Virus record (IMG/VR): IMGVR_UViG_3300017788_000023
Coordinates: 1-62,476 of that record
Source of the DNA: a virus
Lineage: Duplodnaviria > Caudoviricetes
Strand: one strand, 5' to 3'
DNA: 62,476 nucleotides
Below, one piece after another: positions 30,709 to 41,000 of the stretch. Made by a program: the position numbers and the translations under genes. Positions within the stretch are counted from its first letter, which is position 1, and each line of letters begins with the position of its first letter. The notes below the pieces were generated by a model. The model saw nothing but the letters and a program-made list of their open reading frames with translations. It searched no databases and was not told the origin of the DNA.

Positions 30709-33700
30709 TTATCTAATGAAGGTTTTTAAAATAGTAAATTCTACACTAGAACCACTAACAACAGAGTTATCTAATGTAACTGTCAATCGAACATCTCCGT
30801 TTGAATCAATATCAAATGCAGCGTCGTATAGGAGATTTCCTGAAAGCAAACTTTCATATTCTATGTTATATATATTTACTCCATTAGCAATAACATTGTA
30901 ATCAACCATGTGTTTATGATTAGTTAACAGATCAACAGCTATAATAGTTACTTTACAACCGACAGCAATCAGAGGATTGTAAAGAACATATGGATTGAAA
31001 TCATTTGTTCCTCTAACTAAAGTAAATTTAGTAGATTCTAATACAGAATTAGCAAGTCCAAAATAAGTTAAACTTCTATCTAAAATTTTCTCTCCCGTAT
31101 AAGAACCTTCCGTAAAGGTTTTATTTACATAGATCTCACCAGTAGCACTTAATCTTAATAAAGCATCATTAGTAAGACCAGATTTTAATCCAATATCTAA
31201 ATTATCTTTACCAGAATAAAGTTTTGTTATTGTGGCACTTTCTGAATTAATAGCAAAAGTATCACTAGAGTATCTGACATCATTGATATTAATATTTAAT
31301 CTGTTATTGTTTGATGTGACAGTATTGACAGTCTGGAATGTTAGTGCTGTTTTTGAGAGACGTAAAGTATTGTCACCATCATTGTAGAAATACAAGATAT
31401 TTTCATTAGCTCCAGCTGAAGTTTCTGGAATAATAAACGTGTTGCCATCAACGTCTCTTACGCCACCTAAACTTGTCCAAGCATTTCCATTGTATCCTTC
31501 ATATTGTGTTGTTGCTGTGTTAAATCTAACAGCACCTGATTCTGCAATTCCTCTATTGGAACTATCACCAACAGGCAGAACAAGTGAGGTTGTAGCATTA
31601 ACCTTTACTAATTTTCCTACAAATGGAGAAATAGTGATGTCTTCGGATAAACTAGAAATATCATTATTAGTAATTTTTAATTGGTTATTTACATTTACTA
31701 CGCTATTAATATTGACGCTAGTAATATTACTAAATGTTAGGTTCCCGTAGATAGTTCTAATAAATTCATAACCATCTGTAGTTCCTGTGGTATGTGTAGG
31801 ACCAACGCCAGCAGAAGTTAGATCAGCAGTTATTCTGTATACATTTATTCCAAAATAAACTAAATCATTTTGGAAAAATAGTGTAGCGGCTGTCCATTGT
31901 AAAACATTGTCTAGATTAATTGATGATATAGTTCTAGCAGATCTAAATTCAAGTTTATTTTGATCTAACTGTAATGAATTAGCATTATTATTATAAAAAT
32001 ATAAAATATTTTCGTTAGATCCCGCTGAAGTTTCTGGAATAATATATGTGTTGCCATCAACGTCTCTTACACCACCCAAACTTGTCCAAGCATTTAAACC
32101 ATATCCTTCAAACTGGTGATTACTAGTATTAAATCTAACAGCTCCAGTTGACGCTGAACCTCTTTCTGCAGTTGTCCCAAAAGGAATAACTAAAGATGTT
32201 TGAGAATCAATAACTACATTAGTACCCCCAAAAGGTTTGATTGTTAAACCAGATAATAGTGTTTCTATTTTATCGGAAGTAAGAGTTACATTATCATTTA
32301 AACGTAAAGAAGTATTAGTTAATTTAAGGACACCATTAGAAGAAACTATGGAATTTATATTTTGAAAAACCAATGCATTTTCTGTGACCCTTAATGTATT
32401 TGTACCATTATTATAGAAATAAAATATATTATCATTTGCTCCTACAGAAGATTCGGCAAGCAAATATGTATTGCCATCGGTATCTCTAACACTTCCTAAA
32501 CTAGACCAAACATTTGTGGATCCATCGTAACCTTCAAATGTTCTGGTATCAGTATTAAATCTAATAGCGCCTGTCTCGGCATCTATTTGAGGTCTTTGTA
32601 CTTGAGTTCCAGATGGAACAATTAATGCTCTATTAGAATCAATTTTTACATTGGTTCCTGCAGATGGTTTTAAAATTAATGGATTAGTTAAAAGTGTCTC
32701 AATTGTATTATTTTTGATAGTTGTAATATCGTTTACATTTAATCCATTAAGACATTTAACTTCACCATTCGTAGATAGATTGCCGTTAGAAGATTCAATT
32801 GATAAGGTTGTGACATTATTATCAATAAGATTAATTCTATCCGAATTGATAATAATGTCATTAGTTACTTCTAAATTAAAATTATATAATGAAATAAGTT
32901 TCGGTGTGGTGACACTTGTTAATGTAGTTATTGTGTTATTTTCTATATAACCTATATAACCATTTGCGGCATTCACGTCATCTCCTGTAAATGATACTGC
33001 CCGTAAATTTCCAGTTAATACGTTTCCTTCTATTGGTGTTGTTACCGATATACCTACAGCATTAAATACAAAACCACTTCCATCACTCGTAGCTGTAACT
33101 ACACATTTTGCTTGGTCGGCAACATTATTAACACCAGATATAGTAATTATATCACCTACATCGTAACCAGTACCAATATTATTTACTACAACACCAGTAA
33201 TAGTGCCGCCAACAATTTGCGTAATTACTATCGTAGCAGCTCCACTACCGATAGTAATTAAATCATTTGATGTATACCCAGATCCAGGAGTGTTAATTAC
33301 AGCTGAAGTTATTTCTCCTCCAGTTACTCCAGTTACAGTAAATTCACCTCCCGTGCCATTTGGAACTGTTAATACGTCACCAATTTGATAATTTTGACCG
33401 CCATTTAAAACATTAACTCCTGTAATAACGCCACCGAAAATTGATGATACTGTTACATTAGCAAGGTTATTGCCTCCATCAATACTTAAAACATCAGATA
33501 CTGTATACCCAGTTCCTCCTTGAACAATAGCAACTGAAGTAACTTCACCGCCAGGATCAACTGTTAATTGTAATCTGGTATCATCTGGATCAGGATCCCC
33601 GTCGCCATCGACCTGCTGAGAACCAGGAATAGTGACTTCTTCCTGATCGGTATAATTAGTACCAGGCGTATTTATAACTATAGATGATGGAACTCCACTG

Positions 33701-34836
33701 GCATCCACAGTAAAATTAACAGTAAGACCAGTACCAGTTGATGAAAGATTTACATTAGATGTAGAAACATCTGAAAATGTTCCTTCATTATAGACAGAAC
33801 CAGCATTTATTATAACAAAAGAAACAACAATGTCTCTTGGTGTTGCTGTAATATTTACTGTAGCTCCATTACCAGATCCGCCGCCTAGAGGTCTTTCTTC
33901 TGCTTCGTATGAATTACCAGTTGCGCCTAGGGTAATTTGATCGATTCCTCCATCATCTACTACAGAAATCTGAACACCAGCACCAGTTCCACTTCCTCCT
34001 GTAGGATTATAAGTTCCACTAAAATAATTAGACCCCGAAATTATATTGCCTACACTTCCAATAATACCACCAGTTGAGGCAACAATATCTAGAGTAAGAC
34101 CAGAACCAGATCCACCAGTCGTAGATACATTTTGTGATGTTGTGTAATATTGTCCACCGTTTAAAAAACCTAAAGTTGTTGGAACACCATTATCTGAAGC
34201 TGTTACATCAACTGTTAACCCAGTTCCACCTCCCCCAGTTGTGGCTATATTTAATCCAGAATTATAAGTTTTTCCACCGTTTGTTAAATTTAACGATATC
34301 ACTGTTCCCGTGGGAGTAGACGAGATTGCTGCGGGAGAAACAGTTAGATTATCTCCAACTACATAACCATAACCACCATTAACAATATTTACCTGATCAA
34401 CAACGCCTGCCAGGCCTACAGTGACGGTAGCTGTTGCCGACGTACCTGTACCACCTATAACATTTATGCCTTGATAAGTTCCTGGAAGATATCCAGATCC
34501 ACCATTAGTAATTTGTACATTTTGTGTTGATAGAGATCTTTTTTCGGCATATAAATTTTGGGCAAAATATGATCCAGTGGGAGATAATGATAAAACAGGT
34601 TTCCCACCACTAGCAAAACCTAAACGTTGAGCGCCATCTTTGTAGATACCTAAGCTAACATCCGATTGAAATGCGACAGATGGAGAAGTTAAAGATCCAT
34701 CGGCATATACTGTTTTAAGAACAGCAACGGTTTGTGCCCCTGAAGTATAATTATATAAATCTTCAGCAATTAAATTTACTATTTTTCTCTGGTTTTCAAG
34801 AGTGTCGGTATTAGCTACATTTCTAAGTATTGGCAT
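30709..34836 (-). CDS. Large fibre / structural protein (1375 aa) with repeats
   Basis: Three GAxRFNT...FEGYxG..WxSLGxVRDxDGNTxxxxExxxGxNxNIxYFYN repeats; GxGY beta repeats. Confidence 0.8.
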   Translation of the reverse strand: MPILRNVANTDTLENQRKIVNLIAEDLYNYTSGAQTVAVLKTVYADGSLTSPSVAFQSDVSLGIYKDGAQRLGFASGGKPVLSLSPTGSYFAQNLYAEKRSLSTQNVQITNGGSGYLPGTYQGINVIGGTGTSATATVTVGLAGVVDQVNIVNGGYGYVVGDNLTVSPAAISSTPTGTVISLNLTNGGKTYNSGLNIATTGGGGTGLTVDVTASDNGVPTTLGFLNGGQYYTTSQNVSTTGGSGSGLTLDIVASTGGIIGSVGNIISGSNYFSGTYNPTGGSGTGAGVQISVVDDGGIDQITLGATGNSYEAEERPLGGGSGNGATVNITATPRDIVVSFVIINAGSVYNEGTFSDVSTSNVNLSSTGTGLTVNFTVDASGVPSSIVINTPGTNYTDQEEVTIPGSQQVDGDGDPDPDDTRLQLTVDPGGEVTSVAIVQGGTGYTVSDVLSIDGGNNLANVTVSSIFGGVITGVNVLNGGQNYQIGDVLTVPNGTGGEFTVTGVTGGEITSAVINTPGSGYTSNDLITIGSGAATIVITQIVGGTITGVVVNNIGTGYDVGDIITISGVNNVADQAKCVVTATSDGSGFVFNAVGISVTTPIEGNVLTGNLRAVSFTGDDVNAANGYIGYIENNTITTLTSVTTPKLISLYNFNLEVTNDIIINSDRINLIDNNVTTLSIESSNGNLSTNGEVKCLNGLNVNDITTIKNNTIETLLTNPLILKPSAGTNVKIDSNRALIVPSGTQVQRPQIDAETGAIRFNTDTRTFEGYDGSTNVWSSLGSVRDTDGNTYLLAESSVGANDNIFYFYNNGTNTLRVTENALVFQNINSIVSSNGVLKLTNTSLRLNDNVTLTSDKIETLLSGLTIKPFGGTNVVIDSQTSLVIPFGTTAERGSASTGAVRFNTSNHQFEGYGLNAWTSLGGVRDVDGNTYIIPETSAGSNENILYFYNNNANSLQLDQNKLEFRSARTISSINLDNVLQWTAATLFFQNDLVYFGINVYRITADLTSAGVGPTHTTGTTDGYEFIRTIYGNLTFSNITSVNINSVVNVNNQLKITNNDISSLSEDITISPFVGKLVKVNATTSLVLPVGDSSNRGIAESGAVRFNTATTQYEGYNGNAWTSLGGVRDVDGNTFIIPETSAGANENILYFYNDGDNTLRLSKTALTFQTVNTVTSNNNRLNININDVRYSSDTFAINSESATITKLYSGKDNLDIGLKSGLTNDALLRLSATGEIYVNKTFTEGSYTGEKILDRSLTYFGLANSVLESTKFTLVRGTNDFNPYVLYNPLIAVGCKVTIIAVDLLTNHKHMVDYNVIANGVNIYNIEYESLLSGNLLYDAAFDIDSNGDVRLTVTLDNSVVSGSSVEFTILKTFIR

Positions 34837-35041
34837 TTCTTACGATTTCTCTTAGAAGATTTTTAATATCTGATAATTCATTTTTTAAACTTTCAACATC
34901 ACGTTGAAGATTTTCGATAGATGCACTGCCGTTACGCAGTTTTTTTACATCTTCAAATATACCTTTGTCAGTATTTATAATGGCACCAGTATCGTTGTCT
35001 CTGACGAGATAATCGTAATCCCTTACCTTAATATAATTCAT
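34823..35041 (-). CDS. Small protein with C-terminal coiled coil
   Basis: LVRDNDTGAIINTD...LKNELSDIKNLL; coupled to neighbours. Confidence 0.75.
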   Translation of the reverse strand: MNYIKVRDYDYLVRDNDTGAIINTDKGIFEDVKKLRNGSASIENLQRDVESLKNELSDIKNLLREIVRNANT

Positions 35042-38000
35042 TAGAATGAAGCAACGATTCTAACGTCTTGAATTTTTGGAACAAATACAGGTTGCGAACT
35101 TCTCAGTACAATTTTAACAGCAAAAGAAGAGAAATCAGAAAGATCACGAACACTAAATTTATATTCTTTATACGAAGATTGATTTTCTAAATATCCAGAA
35201 ACAACGTTATCACTGGACGGAGTAACTATAATATCAGGATTTCCATCTTCGTTGAAATAATTCCAATCTAAATCATCAAAATTATATTGAGAACTTGCTA
35301 GTTTATATTTGTAAAAAACTTTAATATCATCTTGCTCGAAGATATTAGCAGTCAATCTTACATCAATACAAGTAGATGGATTTTCTAATGAAATTTCTTT
35401 TGTAACGTACTTCGCTATAGATGAACTATTTTTAGAAGCAATTTCTGGAACATAAATTGCTCCTGTAGAATAAGTAATAGATTTAATCTCAGCAAACGCT
35501 CTTTCAGACGAAGCTAAATTATCGTAAGATAATAAATCTCCTACTCTGAATACATCTGGTACTTGAGCACTTGTGTTACCTACAAATGCTACTCTAGCAT
35601 ATGGAGATACAGTTGCTAAAGCAGACTCGTTATTATTAATAGGATTCTTGTTATTAGCAATACGCAATTCTTTTTTCCTATCATCCCACAGAACAACTGT
35701 ACCACTAATTACATTAGTATATTTTTTAGTCAAATCACTCTTGTCAAACGCAGTGATAATTGAATTTTTTTCAAAAGTAAATGGAACCTCAGTAACACCA
35801 TTTGGGGTAGAAAAAATATTAGTTGGGAATTGATCTAGACCACTGATATCATCAAAAAGTAAAGTTTCATTTGCTTCAAAAATAGTATCAGTGAGCATTT
35901 TTAGATATAGCGTTGTAGTTGATTTTTCAACTTTTACAACGACTCCTTTTGCTTTTGAACTATATCCAGTTACAGTTTTAACATTTGTTGTACTGCCAAG
36001 GATATTACTTTCTGAAATAGGACCTAGCCCAGTTCCGCTGTATATGACTTTATAAACAGGATACAATTTAATAATTTGATCTTTTCTACCAAAACGAGAT
36101 TCTGTACCATATGATTTCTCTACTTGATTATGAATCAGTTTGATCGAACTAGTTCTTAAATCAACAACAGGGGAAAGATATGATTTATCTGATTTTAGTT
36201 CTAGTTTATACAATAAAGATTCCCCGATAACGGTAGAATTTTTTAATTCATTAATTCTAGAAGCGAGAACTTTTTGATTGTTAAAAATGTGCTCTTGGTT
36301 TAAAAATGTTTTTTCAAATGGTGATTGAGAATATGATGAATATACTGTAGAAGTACTATCGACTGGAACGATATTTGTTGTTTTAACAAATGCTTCAACT
36401 TTAGTAGATGGTAATGATAGAATACCAACTTGCGCGTATAACTTTTCAAATTTTCTATTGTATGATGCTAATACAGTAGTACCTCCACCAAGTTCATTTG
36501 ATGTTGCTCTGATATTAGTATTAATATTATAAAACTCTAATCCAGAATTAATTACAGTAAATAATTTATCTACTACTAATTCCGCCGATATTCCTCCAAA
36601 ATTATTAATAGATTTAAATGCCACGTAAGACTTACCACTGTCTTCAAATCCATTATTGAGATGATTTACTTTTACAATTTTATTATTATTTCTGAATAAG
36701 TTTGAAGTTGCTGTTCCATCAGATGATGAATCTGCTTGGAATGGATTTGCGTCTAAGACTTCATATCCAAGTGCTTCATTTTTTAGATTCAATACTCCTG
36801 CTCTTGAAGTATCAAATTCAGCTCTAAACAAGGTAAATTTAATATCTTCAAATAAATCTTCAGTCCAAGTATCTACGTTTTGTGATTTGAATACCGAACC
36901 AATCAAGGGTTGAGTAGTTACTGCTGCGTTGGTTACTTTTTCATTCTCACCTAATTTAGAAGACCAGATTTCGTAATCAGTTGAATCTGATTCGACCGCA
37001 AACGCATATTCGGAATCATTTTGAAGATAAATGGGATGATCAAATTTAAAAAATGTTGGAATTGTTGATTGTTCTGTTTCTGTATCTACTGCGACGCCCA
37101 TTCTAACTGCTGGCGTATCAATTGTTATAAACGATTTGATAGCCGCTCCTGCAGGAGCACTTCCCGTACCATTAATAATTATTGATGGTGCGCTTGTATA
37201 TTCTGAACCAGATATAGTTACCTCAGCATCATATACATTACCATTAGATACATAAACTCCAGCAGCAGCAGTAATACCACCAACTAATTGAGGACTTTCT
37301 ACCGTTAGAGTAGCAGTTTCATATCCAGAACCAACGTTTAAAACTTCTAATCCTGATAGCCTGCCAGAATCTTTAGCAATGGTTACTTTTAAAGCTGTAG
37401 AAATTGTGGTGCTTTTAGCATTAAACAAACTTAAACTATCAAAAAGCAAATCTTCCTCTACAAATACTTTACCATTATTGTTAGAAAGTACAATTGTGTA
37501 GATTTGATCGTTTGATAAAGTAAATTCTCCAGTAATAGATGGAATTAATTCAATTTTATTTTTATCAAGAACAGTTTTAACTGGACCAGATGCTTTCGAA
37601 TTTGCCCCCGTAGCTAACTCTCCTTTATTAATTTTCAAACTACCATTTGTAAATACTCTTAAATATGTGTCTGGGAGTAATGATTTTTCTGTTCCAGGAA
37701 CAATATATTTTCCTGGTTTGCTGCTTTCAGTATTTGTAAGGTATACTCTTACAGGAATAGTAGAACTTTTTTTAGCAAAATACAAATTAATTCCAGTTAA
37801 GAAAATTCCACCAGGACTATTTTCAATTTTGAATGTTTGTGATAATGGGTTTGGTTTAATTTTTGCTCCATCAATTAATTGGATTCCTTCATCTGATTTT
37901 TGAAGGGCAGGAATTGTAGAAGTAATTGAAGATGGATTTGCTGGCAATGAACCAGCAACGTGATAAACAATACTAGCAAATGTATCTACATCTGCGTCAG

Positions 38001-41000
38001 TACTTCCCTCTGAATCGGAAGTAAATTTAATTGTTTTAGATCCAGTAATAAAATACAACTCATCTCCTTCAGAATCATACGCAATATTTTTAATATCTGA
38101 AGGAACAGAAGAACCTGATACGGGTGGAAGACCAGCAGGTATTAAAATTATGCCACTCGCATTTCCATTTTCGTCGGTAGTGATACCACTTTCGAATGTA
38201 CTAATAGAATTACCAGCAACTCCAGTAAATCTAAAATCTTGAGCTATCCACCTGTTAATGAATTTACCATCGATAAAACCAAATAACTTAGTTTTTGGTT
38301 TCATTCCAGTTAGAACAAATTTGACTAATTGGGTTTCACAGAAAAATTTGATATTTGAAATAATATTATTTCCACCAACATTAGTTGTAGAAACTCCCTG
38401 AGCTAATTCATTATTTTGTGGACTGACATTAGATGAACTTGCCACACTGGCACTTACTATTGAAGAAGACGAAGAAAAATTAATATCATTTAATGGAGAT
38501 GTATTGAAGAAAGTTCTGTTAGTGCCAACCCAGTTAATAGAATAGTTATTGTAAATACTTGCCAATCCTTCACGAGTACTATCCTTAGCATAGAACACTG
38601 AAAATACTTTGCTATCATTATTTAAAATGGCTGGAAATTGTTCTTGATTGTACCACTGGTCTACAGGTGGATCTAATTTTACACCACCGACATATTGAAC
38701 AACAACAAATGGATTGATATTAATTGTTTTGGTGGCGAATGAACTACCAATATATGGAATACTGTTGTATTGTAAAGTTACGACGCCATTAGATATAGTG
38801 TATCCATCTAATTCTCTTTCTTCTTTTCTGGTATTAATTTCTTTTAGTTTGAACGAAGACTCAAAAGACCTTGGACGTAGAACTGATTGCTGAGTATCAA
38901 TAGCACATTTGTAATCTGGCGAAATTAAATTTCCAATATTGTGAGATTCAAAATTATCTACAATAAATCCATTCTTAAATCTATCAAGACCTATCTCATT
39001 TTTAACTTGCATGTTGAGTGCTTGCTGTTCCAACATACTAAGTAAAGTGTATTTTTCAAGTCTTTCAACTCTTTTTTCTAATTTTCCGATATCACGCATA
39101 GTGTATCGTTTATTATCTACTGGAATAATATTTACATCATTAGCAGACGCAGTAAATGCTGGTAAGTAATAATAATAAAGTGGAATGGCGTTATCTAAAT
39201 CTGTTGGTTTTGTTGGATTTAATGATGGATTTCCTTTCTTGATTACGAAGTCACCATTTTTATTTAAGAATAGACCATCAATTCTATCTAGATATTGTAC
39301 CAAATCAAATGATAGACTGAATTCAATATTATTATCTGACGCAATAGTTCCTGCGGTAATACCCCCTGCTCTAGTAAAACTAGGAGGAGAAGATAAAATT
39401 GAAGTGTCTTGGTATCCACCAATAGTACAAGTAGAATCTACTTTTGCTCTAAAATCAATAACATCCTTTAGAGATACTTTACCATAGACAGTGGAATTGA
39501 AATTTGGTACTTCGTCTTCCGAGATTCCAGCTTCGTGTAAATAAGAATCAATAGTACAAAAGTCTCCTTGAGAGTGTTCAAAATAATCAAAACCAATTAA
39601 CAATTGTCCAGTAGGCGCATCATATCCTGGTTTTAAGACCAGACGAGCAACATCATAAAATGTATCTCTTTGTCCATCATCAAAAGTAAATCTGTCGGTA
39701 ATATCAGTTCCTGCTAACAGATTTCCTTTTGAGTCAGCTACTGGAGCAACAGAAACTGTTCCCTCGTAAACGTATTTAAATTTATAGACATCAGAATAAG
39801 ATATTGTTTCTGATGCGTTGGTGTCATAATCTACTCCACGGAAAGGAATTACTCTATCTCCTGGAGAAAAAACTACAATTCTTTTGTTTTCATATGAAGT
39901 TTTTAATCTAGGTTTTGCTTTGTTAACTTCTATGGTGGCAGTTAATTTAATTTTAAAGTTGTCAAAATTATTAATTGTTCCAAAAAAATTAGTCGGTAGA
40001 TTAACAGTTACACTTCCAGCTGTCAATCCAGTTGCGCTATCGGAAGAATTTGTAATAATTACTTGATTTTGTGTTAGATATAAAATGTCTCCTTTACTAA
40101 CTGTAGTATTTGGATTACTTTGATTATCTGGATCTAGTATTGTAATCAAGAAATTATTTTCACTGAAAGCTACAAATCTTTGTGTCCCGTATGGAAGTTG
40201 AGCGGCAAAAGTGATATTACCACCACTACTTGTAATTTTTGTAATAAAATCTCTTCTTAAATAATAACTAATTTTTGAATTTTCTGGAGTAGAAGAAACT
40301 GAAGTTACATACTTTGCTCCAGTTGGAATTATTAATGAAGAAGAGGTGGAATTTTCAACTTTTGCTCTTAATCTAATAATATTGGAGTTAACTACATTTT
40401 TTTGTAAAGCACTATCGAGATAAATTCTTGATTTCAATAGCCCTTCAGGTTTAGTTACATATTGTACAGTGGATCTTACCACTGTGTTATCATTATAAAC
40501 AAATTGTACAATATCACCTTGTACTAAATCTGGTGATGGATCCCCAGAGAATCCATTACATTCAATAAATTTATATCCTTTAGTTCCAGAAAAAGTAAAA
40601 TCAGTTAACGTTTTATTACTTAAATAAGAAGTATTGAAAGATTCTACGTCTGCTGTAAAAATGTATTTGTCGTTTGCTCCAAATTGAGAGAACATTGACT
40701 TAACATTTGTTGGACCGTATGTTACTACAGTATTCTTGTATAACACAGGGAAAATAGATGCTCCAGATCCTACTGTAGCAGTAACAGAAGGTGTTGAATT
40801 ATAAGTTGATGAAACTAAATCTCTATCGGCAACCTCTACTTTGTAAATTGTACCGCCGAATAAATTAAGTTTAATTGCTGCGCTTTCATAACCAACACCA
40901 TTTATTAAAACTTTACTAATAACCGAACTTCCAGATGAAGTGGTGGTAGTATATCCCGTTCCCCTATTATATACTACAAAATGAGAAATTGTATTTTCTC

